A DNA stretch of 64,000 bases from Leidyana gryllorum EB-2025a (lineage: Eukaryota > Protista > Apicomplexa). Where the stretch lies: contig JBLWGC010000194.1 in NCBI GenBank assembly GCA_048772705.1, forward strand, positions 154,183 through 218,182, given 5' to 3'. Positions within the stretch are counted from its first letter, which is position 1. The number at the start of each line of letters is the position of its first letter. Shown piece by piece: positions 1 through 12,179 of the stretch. The position numbers and the translations under genes were made by a program. The notes beneath the pieces are model-generated. The model worked only from the letters and a program-made list of their open reading frames with translations, made no database searches and was not told the DNA's origin.

Positions 1-663
1 CTGTCCAAAGCTCATATGTATGCGCTTGCGGTTCCAAGTCAATGTTGAACATCTAATGTGTTGTGTGTTTGGTGTTGTGTGCCAAGTGTGTCTCACCTTG
101 TCGGGTTCGGAGTCGTGAGGTAACTGAAACGTCAGCTTCAAGGACTCCGCTGTGCCTTGGGTACAGAACGCAGCGAATCTTGTTGGGGACGCACAAGCAG
201 CTTCCAATAAGAGAGAGTCTTCAGTCGACTCTGTAACTAGATTCTGGAACGGCTCAGCATACTGTGTGAAACGAATGATATCTAAGCGCGAGCTCGGAGA
301 TCCCACCTGCTGGTCATAGAGAGCTCTGTTCTTTATTCTTCGAGACTGCAAAGCGTTTTGAAGACGCAGAAGGACGTGCGTTCGACGTCGATCTTCGCTG
401 GTTTCGTGATGTGGTGGAGGTACAACCAGCGGTCGACCCGTAAAGGCCGCTTCGTCAGCGAGACGTTCGCATACTTGGTGTCTCACAAGTCTCAAATACT
501 CGTCTCTATCAACGAAGCGGATAAATTGGCCTGCGAGAAGAATACTTGGTCGATAGATCCGTATCTTACCAGTCTTCCAATTCCACTCCTGGGAGGCGCC
601 AAGCTGACGTCTCCCGTCTCCCTTCATATCCTCCTTCAAGAACCATTCGATTGGAGTTGGCAT
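1..663 (-). CDS. Hypothetical multi-exon protein, 3' part runs off the window; absent from the ORF track
   Basis: ATG at 663 (MPTPIEWFLKEDMKG...). Removing three GT-AG introns (gtaag..cgcag, gtggg..cacag 306-262, gtgag..attag) gives an open frame to base 1. Confidence 0.65.
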   Translation of the reverse strand, partial: MPTPIEWFLKEDMKGDGRRQLGASQEWNWKTGKIRIYRPSILLAGQFIRFVDRDEYLRLVRHQVCERLADEAAFTGRPLVVPPPHHETSEDRRRTHVLLRLQNALQSRRIKNRALYDQQVGSPSSRLDIIRFTQYAEPFQNLVTESTEDSLLLEAACASPTRFAAFCTQGTAESLKLTFQLPHDSEPDKVRHTWHTTPNTQHIRCSTLTWNRKRIHMSFGQ

Positions 664-784
664 TTGGAATCAAAGGTGGTCACAAGCTCAACAACATGGA
701 CCTATGGGTCGCACAGCTGATTGATATCAAGTTTCGTGCACGTTTGCGAGCTACACATTTTGGTCAGCGGTGCATGAAGAAAAA

Positions 785-2504
785 TCAATCGATACCACTT
801 CTCCATATAGGGGACTCTGATAGCAGCAAATCCAATCCAATGGAACGAGTAACATTACCTGGGGAGCCTATAGACGACCAATCTAAGCCTTGAATCTCTT
901 CGTTGTTCACCATCAAAGTTAGGTGATCATCGTCCGACCCTTCGAGACTCAGTAACTGAGTTCCTTTGGGAACCTACACAGATGGTCTCAACACCTCCTC
1001 AATCGCGTCATATACTCACCACTTCACCCCGTATCTTGCTGAATGTGCCACCCACCGTCCAGGCCTCAAACAACCCTCGAGACGGAACTATCATGAGCAA
1101 TAGCGTACGAGGCCGTCCTGAACCCGACCGGTCCATGGCCCACGACACGCTGGCCCCCCGATAGCCTTTCCACCACTTCAGAATCCTCAACCCCGGCATC
1201 CACACAATGGTGACACGGGCCAAAGAATCTCTGAGGGCCACTACCTCCGGGCGCCAGGGACACGGTACAACCAGCTCGACTTCGTGGTCTCCGAACATTT
1301 TGGCTAATAAGGAGATCCGACTCTCCCAATTCAGAATCGCAATACATGGATTCATGACGGGCGTCTCGACCCTCGCCCCCAACGCCCACGGTAAGCGGGG
1401 CAACCGCCGGGGACGCTTGGGCTGTTTCTCATCCTATAAGAGAGTTGATGTCGACTGCAGCCAACATTCAGAGTCGTATCTTTTACCTTTCCGAGCACTC
1501 CAAACCGCACCATGGGAGCCGCTCCATAGGTGATGAGACGGATGTTATCGGCGGGACCGCCGAAGAACTCCGTTGTTTTCCCGTTACCGTCGAGCGAAGC
1601 AGAGCTGGTGAGACGACTCATCAGGCTGCGTCGAGTCGTTCTCGGCGCCGTGCCTTCGTTAGTCAGACCAGCGCTGTTGCTGGAGCACACCGATTCGTAA
1701 CTGGCGCTATGTCGACGAGTCCCGACACGTTGATGTAGCTCGCCTGGCGGGCACGAGAGATTCGTGAGATCTTCCATGCCTTCCCTCGATCGCATGAACC
1801 CGAGTGTCTGAGCGGCGTAGTCCAGCACTTTTGTTGACCGGGGTACCGGGGCGAGAGGTAAAAGTGACCGTACGAGCGATGGGGGATCATGTGGGCGTTT
1901 TGGTTCAAAGTGCATATGGGATATGACGGAATCTGAATTCTTTGGATTCTCCCTTTCCGGTGAGATGATTCGAAGACTGACTTTTAGTACCGCTTACTCA
2001 AGTAATAGGGCCTTATGCCCGTGAGCTGCGGATATCTCTCGATCACTGATTAGGTCGCCAACCATAACGGCTGGAAGCAGCAGCTGTTGATTGGATCGAT
2101 TCAACAAGACCAAGTAGGGCTGCACGATTGGGGCCGGTGAGTATAGGACTTGTAATCGGTGCCAGCAGTCGCAGGCGATCCCGAAGACCGTAGAGAGGTC
2201 GCGGCTTCCCAACCACGCACTGCTAGTTGAAAGAAAGGCGAGTGTACCATTGGCAAACAGCACCAATAGCACCGGATTGGCGATGATAGGGGGTGTTGGA
2301 CCGACCTGCTGCCACCAGCCTAAGCATACGGGAGTGCCCTGTGGGCAGACGGTTGTGGTGGTGCATTTGATATCGACTGTGGGAAATCGCCAAGACAAAG
2401 TGATGTTTCTCACCCACCGGAAGAGTGAGAGCGTGGATGTTAATGCGAGCTCCATCTTGACCTGCCACCCATACTTCACTTCCAATCCTATGTAGTACCC
2501 ACAT
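785..2504 (-). CDS. RAB3GAP2: Rab3-GAP non-catalytic subunit (RAB3GAP2) N-terminal beta-propeller protein
   Basis: The spliced product contains [29 protein letters not shown] and [15 protein letters not shown]. These match the RAB3GAP2_N motifs AVTDxxGRV..RMWKGYRDAQxGW and LVIYAPRRGxLEVW. At least four short introns; ATG 2504, TGA 785-787. Confidence 0.8.
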
Positions 2505-2539
2505 CTCCCTTTTTTCCTTTGGCGATTTCGAGGGGGCCA

Positions 2540-5296
2540 ATGGCTCGACCAAAGGCTGCTAGACCGGCCAGGGCCGATTTGGCTACCAACACGCCTTCCA
2601 ATACACCCATCGGCGGTGGAGCAAAGCTGAAAGCCAATGTTGAGGAGGAAGTTCCGCCGTTCGGATTCACAATGTCGCCCAAAACCCGGGATATCACTTC
2701 GCGAGCTGTGAGATGCGCGGCGCTCATTGGCATCGGAATCGTTTGCTTCTTCATGAGACTCTTCGCCGTGCTGCGATACGAGTCAGTCATCCATGAATAC
2801 GACCCGTACTTTAACTTCCGCACCACCAAGTTTCTGGCACAAGAAGGTGAGACCCTCTGTTCGAATGGATGATGTGATCCCGAAAAGGCTACATGGAGTT
2901 CTGGAACTGGTTCGATGCCGCATCTTGGTATCCGCTAGGCCGAGTTATCGGGCAGACTTTGTTCCCCGGCCTTATGACCACTGCGTATCTGAGTCACTGG
3001 CTGGTGAATATGCTCGGGTTACCCATTGACATTCGGGATGTTTGCGTCTTCACTGCACCGGTCTTCTCCGCTCTGTGCGCGTGGAGCGCGTACGGCTTGG
3101 CAAAGGAGGTAAGTGCGTGCGAGAGCTTTGTGGAATTATAATCGCCTCGCCAGTGCACAGGAAAGCCAGGGGCTGGGCTATTCGCAGCACTCTTCATTGG
3201 AGTGTCGCCCGCGTATCTCTCGCGCTCAACGGCTGGCGGGTTTGATAACGAAGCTATCGCCATCTTCACCCTGGTGTTCTCATTCCAGACTTTCATGAGG
3301 GCGATGCGACGCGGCACACTCTTGTCGGTCCTCCTGGCGAACCTGGCATACTTTTATATGGTCACTGCTTGGGGAGGCTACGTTTTCGTCATCAACGTGG
3401 GTTCACTGGCGGCAATGAGTGCTTCTGTACTATTTTCTCTCTCTCCCCGGCAGGTCGTCTCAATCTATGTGCTGATGTTAATCTTTATGGATAGATTCAA
3501 TGACCGATACTTTGTTGTTTGGTCCGTTTACTACGTTATGGGAACACTCTGGTGTCTCAACATTCCCTTCGTGGCATATGCCGCTGTGACCTCTTCGGAG
3601 CACATGATATCTCACGGAGTCTTCATGGTCGCTATGGTGAGTGCCCGCCCAACTTTTGTTGTTGTCGGTCTTATGCCTCTCTTTAACCGCCTTCAGCTCT
3701 GGAAGTTGCGCCAATATCTGTTGAATTACTACTCTGGTGAAGCTATGAAGAGAGCGTGTCAGCGTGCTATCATGGGAGGCTTCCTGGGTTTCGTAGCTTT
3801 GTTCCTCCTACTCCTGGCCGCGGGCAAGACACGGTGGTCTGGACGGTCAATGACTCTGCTGGACCCGACTTATGCCGCCAAACATATCCCCATCATCGCT
3901 TCGGTATCTGAGCATCAGCCTCCGACCTGGGCAAGCTATCATTTTGACTTGGGCCCCATGTTCCTATTGACACCGGCCGGTATCTGGGCGACGCTCAAGT
4001 CTGGCTCAGAGACGGCCTGGTTCCTCGGTCTATTCGGTGTGCTGGCGGCCCATTTCTCGGGCGTGATGGTCCGTCTAATGCTCGTCTTGGCTCCGGCGGC
4101 CGCATGCCTGGCGGGAGTCGGAGCATCGAGTGTTCTCGAGTACAGCATTGGGGCAATCAAATCAGCTTTCACCAGTGTGCAAGCAGCCGCGAGCCCCAGG
4201 TCTCGGGCCATCCGAGACACCAGCAAGCTGCTCGCCATAGGTGAGACCACCAAAACAGAGCATCTTGTTGACATCTCATCTCCAGTGGCTTGCGGTTGCG
4301 TGGCCATCCTCTCGTACCGCACACTGCTGCAAGGGGTGTGGTCGGCTTCGGCCGTGTATTCGCATCCCTCCATTGTTCAAAGTGAGTCGGAGACGGGAAA
4401 AGAGTCGTTGACCAATATGGCATATAGGTGGAGGACTAAGTGACGGTAGCCGTCTCATTATGGATGACTTCCGTGAGGCGTATACCTGGATGAAAGAGAA
4501 CACTCACCCTGATGCGCGATTCTTGTCCTGGTGGGACTACGGATACCAGGCCTGCTACATGGCAAATCGTACTATCGTCGTGGACAACAATACTTGGAAT
4601 AATACACATATCGCCACGGTTGGCTTGGTGAGTCTTGGTGTATTTTCTGTTCAGAGTTAATCCTTTTCACAATCTCGCAGGCCATGTCATCGCCAGAGGA
4701 GGTGGCCTATCCTGTGGTCAATCATTTGGATGTGGACTACGTATTCGTAAGTACTATCTCCCCCGCGGCTCTCCCGCACTTGAGTGTATCAGGTCGTGTT
4801 CGGGGGCGCTAGTGGGTACACGGGAGATGATTTGAACAAGTTCTTGTGGATGTTGAGGATCGGAAGGGGCGTCTTCACATTCCTGCCCGAGGAGACGGAG
4901 TTTTATGATCATCATGGCCACGTAAGTCTGTCTGTGAGATTGTTGTTTGATGGATCTCTCTGTTTAGTACAATGTCGGTCCGGGGGTGTCGTCGGTGTTG
5001 CGAGACTCTCTGATGTATCGGTTGTCTTACCACAACTTCCATAATAATACCCTCACCCAAGGGAGAGATATCGCCAGAAAGACGCGGATAGAGAAGCTGC
5101 CCCAGTTGAAGTACTTTGAAGAGGCTTATAGTACAAGCTCGTGGCAAGTCCGCATCTATAAGGTAGATTGTAGTAGTGGAGAAATGACATCATTTTCCAT
5201 GGCCTGCAGGTGAAGAAAGACGTGGATCGCTTGCCATACGGACAGCAAGAGCTGCGTAATGTGTTGTTCGACCCTCCTGGTCCGGTGTTTGGATGA
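2540..5296 (+). CDS. STT3: Oligosaccharyltransferase catalytic subunit STT3
   Basis: Motifs [42 protein letters not shown] and [12 protein letters not shown]. Nine predicted introns, e.g. 2847-2887, 3109-3153, 3397-3453, 3637-3696, 4382-4427, 4628-4680. Confidence 0.97.
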
Positions 5297-5323
5297 CAGT
5301 CCTCTAGTGCCAAAAAATAACTG

Positions 5324-8300
5324 ATGGATTTACCTCCACCAACTGGAGAGGATACACCAGCGTACTTCAACAAACCATATTACCTGAACCTCTTCGAAGC
5401 GCCTCTGCGTGCAGTGGCCGAACGATATGCAATTCTTTGGACATCTCAAGAAGTTGAATGGCTGAAATCCTATTTCACACTTTTGAGCCAACCCTCTCAA
5501 CAATTGTTCGCCCGCCTATGTGGCCGAAAATCGGGTCCTATATTCAATGTCAATAAGCTCATCGACAATTATGCTAAAGATCAAAAAGGTCTTGAACCCG
5601 ATGAGGCCCGCCACGCTGTCATGGCAGCTGTCAATGAGCTCGTCTTCACCGGCTTCGGAAGAGATATCGTCTCTCAAGCCGATATTGGCGATCAACACCT
5701 CGGTGGGCATCCCGCAACCTCACTCATCCCCAAATCCCTTCCCCCACTCGTGTGCAGAATTCCTCAAGAAGCTATCGGCTCCACAGATCAAGAAGGTTAT
5801 GTCATCAAGCCGTATCCCCGACGCGAAAGACAGAGTCAAAAAATACAAGACGAGAGCTGAACAACTCCGTTGGCTGTCCGAGGTGACTAATCCGAGTATG
5901 TCTATGGGGACGAAATGTAGACCACTTCCCCTTGTCCGCTGCAGAATCGAAGATTGGCGATCAGAAATCCATTTTCAGCAAATATAGCCTTCGGGATCTG
6001 GTCTGGCAGGCTATATTCGCCGAACTCTTAAATTCTGACGCCGACTCCTCCTCCTCCTCGCCAGCCACCGTCCACTACGTCTGCATCGACGAACGGGCCA
6101 GACACTTTTTCCGTCGGCTCCACTTACTGCATAACCTCACCAGCGGGCCAGGCCTTGAGAGTGGTACGCACGTTCTCTGCCCCCCTTCATTTTGACCCTC
6201 TGATGATCAACAGATAAAGCCACCGAGGATGAGTGTACCAACTCTATCATGGCTAAGGTCTTCGTGCCGAGCGTACTCACCTTTTTAGGAAGTCACGAGC
6301 ACTTCTCGGCGTCGAAGGCGGGCTTGTTGGCTGTTGAACCTTTGTTCGCAGGTGAGCTCCGCAAGCATTTCTCAACTGAGCAACGCAGCCAGATAGAGAG
6401 GAGTTGGAGGCGTATGAGACAGCACTCGGAGCTGCAGCTCGCGTCCAGGCTCTCGCGATGAACCGGGTGAGTCTGCAACCGGTGTCTCACGTCTGCAGAG
6501 GTGGTATTTCAGATCAAAGCGAGTCCAAATGCGACATCGAGTATAGCTGGCTCGCTGGTTTCGCGGCTACTCACTCATATCGAGCGCTTAAAAGAGCCGT
6601 TGTGGGGAGAGTCGTGGGTCCTCAAACCTTCAGACCTCAGAGAAAAGTACAACATGGCTTGGAATGTGGTCGTCCAGTCCGACGTCGCCACGTCGAACAT
6701 GTCGTCATACTGCATCAACTTGGGATCGGATGATGAGGAAGGCGCAACGATCCCAACTCCGGATGTGATGCCAACCGGCGACGACGGGTCGAGCTACGCT
6801 TCTCTTCTATTCGCGTCAGGACGTAGCGTTACGTCGTCTGCTAAATGGATCTCTCCGCTCAGCAAATTGTGTCACGCTACTCAACGTCGGTTCAGTGCGG
6901 TATGAGCAGTCTCCATAACTCAGTGTCGACTCAGCCCTTCCGCTTTCATAGGAATATCTCTACTCTTTGGCCTTATACGACTTGGCGCAATTGCTGGAGT
7001 ATCAGAAAGCCCATCAGAAGGCGGTGGTGTGTCTGGAAGCTTTGATCGTCGCGGGTGTCTCCCGCGCGAACCGAGGGAAAGCCTTTTGTAGATTGCTGGT
7101 GGACTACCGGAGACATTTGAACAATCCTTCGAAAGCACTCGAATGGGGGCGAGCGGGCCTCGATGAAAGTACGTGCAGCAGCACCGCCAGCAACGGGAAG
7201 AGTTAATCGATTTTCCCACCTCAGTTGCCTTCTTCGGTCCCGGTACGGCTATTGAGCTGGCGAAGAAGGTATGGGATTTGGTCAGTTTTTTAGCTCGCCA
7301 AGCCGCTCCCAAGTCTCGCACACGAGGGATGAAACATAGAATCTCGCTCACTGAAGTGGTCGACCTCGACACTCCTCCCAACAAGTCAGCGTCTGTTAGC
7401 GAGGAAGTCGAGTTCCGACCCACGGGATTCTATCGCATATTCATTCCGGGTGACGACATGAGTGTGGATCATCTCTGTCGGATGAGCGGCAACGAGAAAC
7501 TCACCCGTCTTATCATTGAGGGGTCTTTCCTGACCCCCAGAGAAGCTCGTCGAGTGCTCGAGCTGCTGGTGGTTGGTGACAAGGCGGAAGAGAGTGTGCC
7601 CCGACGAGTCTTTACAGCCCTCAGAGGTCAACGCGATCTGGAGATGCCCAAAGACGAAGCTGACGGAACTCTATTGTCACATGGTTTCCGTCCAGCTAGC
7701 AGCTCTAAGCCTTCCACAAAACCGTTTTCACGCCCGACATTCGCTTACGAGGGCCAAGAGCTCTCCGTCGAGCAGTATGCCCTCATTCGATACATCCGAG
7801 GAGACGCTGCGGAGGTGTTTACGGGTGGCAGTGCAGCCAAGAAACGGTCGTCAAGGATCACGACTCCACGCAGTCAAGTCGCGAGCCAAAGTGCTGAGAT
7901 CGATGCGACAGGCGGACCGGCAACGAAAAGACGGAAGGTTTCGGCCAAGAAAATGAAGGAAGAGCTCTCAATGGCTCCCGTCAAAGAGGAGAAAGTCGAG
8001 CTGTCGAGTCGAAGCTCAGTTGGTGCTCTGAACAATAGGCCGGCGGTGTCCACCGATGTGAAAGCCGAGACCAACTTGCACCCCTCAACACCCACTCGGC
8101 GTCCTCGGAGTGGAAGCCAAGAGGTCGTTGAGATGCACACTCCGTCCCGTCATGCGTCACCGGCTGCTTTAACCCCGATCTACCACACGCCTACTCCAGG
8201 TTCCAATCGGAGACACCGGCGGTACGTTGACGAGAGTGATGAATGGGTTGGGAGTCACTGCGAAGGCTCTCTGCTTCGGGAGATCTTCTCGGTACTCTGT

Positions 8301-9508
8301 TTCCCTATAATGTTCCACCCAAGTTGCGCCGAGGCCAACCACAAGGCTTTCTTTTCTGACAATCAAACTGGTCCCAGTGACTTCTTCACGGGTGACTCAT
8401 TCTTTGAAATGCGACAACGCCCTATTGAGGCATATATAACGTCGCTCAGCGAGCTCTCCGCCACTGAGCTGACAGCATTGACCGCTTGGGCCTCTTCTCA
8501 TCTGTACGAGATCCGTCTGTGTGGCAGTCGATGGCGCGCTGAGGACTCGGTAGATGCAGCCTTCCAGCCGTTTGCCCACTTCAATCCGCTGCTGACAGCG
8601 ATCAATCTGATGGGAGACGGCGTGCAGGAAGTGATTATTTCGAGTCCGCCTGGATCGGTCAGAAAAACGCCTCAATCTAAATGGGACTCCGGGAGTGGCA
8701 AGAGGGCTTATTCTCACTACAACCGGTGGAAACCGCCTCCGAAAGACATCGAGACGCCATTGGACTGCGTTCTCGGCTACCGTCGGGCAATCCGTCTGAG
8801 CCCAGAAGAGTTTCGAATGGGACGGAAGATGAACAACCTGCAGGCGGCCACCACTCTCGCTGCTAAACAGCGCACCCGATCAGGACTAATGTATGGGCTG
8901 GAACTGGGATGGCTGGCGAGTTGTTTGAAGGCAGCTAAACTCGCTCAGATATTCTACACCTTCCTGAGACATTGGTGTCACTGGTGCTCGGGGCTTCCGG
9001 ACTTGTTTATTTGGACTAATCTACGGATGAGCAGTGTGATGGCCAAAGCGTTGACATTGGAGAGAAAGGGTATCGATTGCGATGTGTCTTTCGAGTTTCT
9101 CGCCCTCGTCTTCGCTTTCATTCGAAACGACCCATCATACCTCTCAGAGCGGGTCCGACAGCATTTCGAGGCAGGGGTGATCCCAGAATACGATGGATAC
9201 AGAGCTCGGCTGCAAAAAGCGTTGGCGGCAGCACGTGTTCGACCACGAGTAGACGAGGTATTCATTCGTGACATTGCTGAAGAAGTTGGGGTTGCACTCG
9301 ATCTGGCCTCCTGCCTCCCCCATGAAACTGCCCACTGCAAGTTGATCGAGGTCAAGGGCCCCGGTGATACTCTGTCCGAAAAGCAACGGTAAGTGGACTT
9401 CTTTTGCCTCACACATTTCCTGCTTTTAACAACAGCTTATGGTTGTTCTCTATGGTCCAGGCTCAAATGGAAGCCGAAGTGGGTGTGGTGGACCTCGTCA
9501 GTGGGTGA
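5324..9508 (+). CDS. FAN1: Fanconi-associated nuclease 1 (VRR-NUC nuclease), no UBZ domain seen
   Basis: N-terminal PYYLxxF..QQLFARLxxRK, SAP-like LSAPQIKKV, SVEQYAL, HCEGS, and catalytic GLPDLFIW...LIEVKGPGDTLSEKQR|LWL. Multi-exon; stop TGA 9506-9508. Confidence 0.9.
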
Positions 9509-10611
9509 TCGTCAAGAGTAGTGAGAAGAATAGTGACAGCGAGAAGATAGATAGTGTCAAGGGATGAGACGCGCCACAATAGTCGAGTGGCCGCGCCAAC
9601 TGATCAAACTTCCCGCAACTCGAGGCGCACGTCCGTCCAGCTGCTGTCATACACCACTCGCACTGATCATCGTTCCGACAGGCTTTGCACTGAGAATGTT
9701 TGGTGCATTCATCATCCTCGAGATATCGATAGTCATATCCGTCGGTGGGAGTTGACGCGAAAACTTGTTTGCTCCAGACAAATCTCGTACCAAAGAAACG
9801 AGACAGATCTGGGATGAATGTCTCGGTTCTTCGGTCGTAGAGACACGCGTTGGGTCCCACGGACCACGCCTCTATGTCTTCGCCGATGGTTATATACCGC
9901 ATGTTGGTTAGCCGATCGCTGCTTCGGATCATCTCTCCTCGATACCCGGCGGTGATATTGATACTGAAGAATACATCGTCTTCGACCAACGCGTTCTTTC
10001 CGCTGGTGGCCGGGGTTCCGCGGTTGTATGACCAGTCCTTCTTGTGGGCACACTGGTTGGTGACTTGCACCAGCAGTGTTTGAGGGTTGCACACGTCTGG
10101 GAAACGGGTTGGATCATGCATCCGATAAAGGACGTGGACCTCGTCGAGCTGTATCTGCGTATCTGTGAATCCATCCCATTGGACCGGAATAGTGAGCGCG
10201 AAGATGTATAAGCCCTCCCATCCCTGTCTATGATAGTGGAAAGCCACCTTGTTGCACGCCGTCGAACCCTATCTGATGAGAGAGGCGCTGGCAGAGAAGA
10301 GTCAGTCGCCGCCTGGGAGTTACCTGGTCAGTTTGACCTCGCAGCCGCGCCGTGCAGCCCGGGGGAAGTTGCGCAAGACAAGGGACGCTCGGATTTTGGT
10401 AGGGATCGTAGGGGCGAGGGTACAAACCCACCCCCTGGCAGTGTTCAACACATGCGGTTTGACAGGACGTCCTTGCGTCAAGAGAGCAGTCGATATCGGT
10501 GACAGAGGAGTTTGTGAAGAGAATCTGGTTCGAGTAGAGGGGTAGAAAGCGCTGGGAGGAGGAGGAATGTACTGCGAATGGGAAGGTGCAGAATAACGAT
10601 TTCCACTTCAT
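9498..10611 (-). CDS. Secreted, Cys-rich surface protein with a PSI-like module and a hydrophobic C-terminal tail (possible GPI or tail anchor)
   Basis: Signal-peptide-like MKWKSLFCTFPFAVHSSS. A predicted intron at 10323-10269 joins two ORFs. CTKHSQCKACRNDDQCEWC...C has PSI-type spacing. The C-terminus is LTLSIFSLSLFFSLLLTITH. Confidence 0.65.
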
Positions 10612-12149
10612 CCTCCGATGTGGTCGATTAAAACAGTAGCACGGGTTTCGTGCCTCAGGAAACAAGAAACAAAAAAGGCGGCTAGGTATACGGACCCCCA
10701 GATCAGCGGGTAGTGGCCTAAATTAGTGTCATCGATCGCAATGCTACCGACAAATGTAGTTATCAATGTTGCGATGGCGTTGATTGTGCTGAACAGGGCC
10801 AAAGCCGATCCGCGATGACTGGTGGGGTAGATTTCCGAAGAGTAAAGATAGACACAGTTCCATGTGGGCCCTGCGAGGAAATAAGTTACTATGGCGAAGG
10901 CGAAAACCAAGCCAGTTCGCTCAGGATCGACCAGAAGGGTGATCGCCATGCTAAAGAGACCGATGGCGCAAACCAAGAGGCATAAGCGAAGAGAATTAAT
11001 ACGGCCTCCGAGCCACTTGTTGTCCCATTGCATCTGTAGATACGTGATGACCATGCCCGGCAATTGAACCGCAAACACGGTGAGAGTGGTGGTGTTGCTG
11101 GCCAGGCCAGCATATTTGAAGAAAGTGGTCATGTAGGTGGTGGCACCATAGTAGCAGAAAGCTAAAAGGCCCCAAACCAGCATCAACATGACCGTATTGT
11201 ATCTGTACCCTGGTGTTTTAGCGACTTTGATCATTCTGACAAAGTTGGTGAAAACCTCTTGGTTCCATTGTTTGCTGGGCACGTCATTCGATGGCATCCC
11301 CTCGAGTCGATGCACCCTCCCTTCCTCTTTCCCTCCTAATTGCTGTTCGAGACCCACGGAACCTCCGCTGGTCAGCTTGCCCAAGCTTGACCAAGCTTTC
11401 GCCTCATCGCCTCTTCCAATGTAGAAGCGGGGAGTCTCCACCCAAGTGCAAGCCAGGATGATCAGAGGCACTATGCAGGGCATGAGACCACAAAGGTAGA
11501 GATACCGCCAAGAACGTGCGAACTTGACCGTGCTCGATTCAGTCAATCCTATGTTGACAGCCGTCACGTACATTATTGCCAATACGTGAAAGATCTGAAG
11601 GATGGTGGACGGGAGCGCTCGTCGCTTAGTCGTCGAAACTTCTAAAACGTAGATGGTAATCGCTGACGGCAGCGCCGAAACACTGAAAGCGGTCAGAGCT
11701 CTCGAGAAAACATATACTCCAAAGTTCCAGCTCAACGCAGACAGCAACGTGCCCATCGTCTCAAGAATCAAACATCCGAAAATCAGAGTCCGCCGTCCGT
11801 AAATGTCGAGACTTGGTATTAGGGTCAATGAGCCCAGCAGTCGGGCGATCGCACTCGATGCAAATACCCAATTATATACGGTTTTACGGGTCTCAAGTTG
11901 TGGCCAGAGCTCCCATACGGCAGCTGTGCTCAGGGTCGGCATAAAGTTCTGCTGCATGAAAGAGCCGTACGCGAACGCGCCCATCATAAACAGTGCCACC
12001 TGCTTTCGGTGCGTCCCAATCAGCTTGAGCAGCTCTTCTATGTTCCAATACTTGACATCAACGGGCGAGTTGTTCTCCAAATCTACCGAAGCGCCATCGC
12101 TATATCGCCGTGTAACCGGCAGCTCTTCTACTCGTGCGTCGACGGTCAT
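10608..12149 (-). CDS. MFS transporter (SV2/SVOP/organic-cation-like), copy 1, intronless
   Basis: 513 aa, about 12 hydrophobic segments, motifs DIYGRR, ETPRF, YSSEIYPTSHRGSA and ETR. Confidence 0.9.
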   Translation of the reverse strand: MTVDARVEELPVTRRYSDGASVDLENNSPVDVKYWNIEELLKLIGTHRKQVALFMMGAFAYGSFMQQNFMPTLSTAAVWELWPQLETRKTVYNWVFASSAIARLLGSLTLIPSLDIYGRRTLIFGCLILETMGTLLSALSWNFGVYVFSRALTAFSVSALPSAITIYVLEVSTTKRRALPSTILQIFHVLAIMYVTAVNIGLTESSTVKFARSWRYLYLCGLMPCIVPLIILACTWVETPRFYIGRGDEAKAWSSLGKLTSGGSVGLEQQLGGKEEGRVHRLEGMPSNDVPSKQWNQEVFTNFVRMIKVAKTPGYRYNTVMLMLVWGLLAFCYYGATTYMTTFFKYAGLASNTTTLTVFAVQLPGMVITYLQMQWDNKWLGGRINSLRLCLLVCAIGLFSMAITLLVDPERTGLVFAFAIVTYFLAGPTWNCVYLYSSEIYPTSHRGSALALFSTINAIATLITTFVGSIAIDDTNLGHYPLIWGSVYLAAFFVSCFLRHETRATVLIDHIGG

Positions 12150-12179
12150 TTTTTTGTACAGCTTGGTTAAAATAATGCA

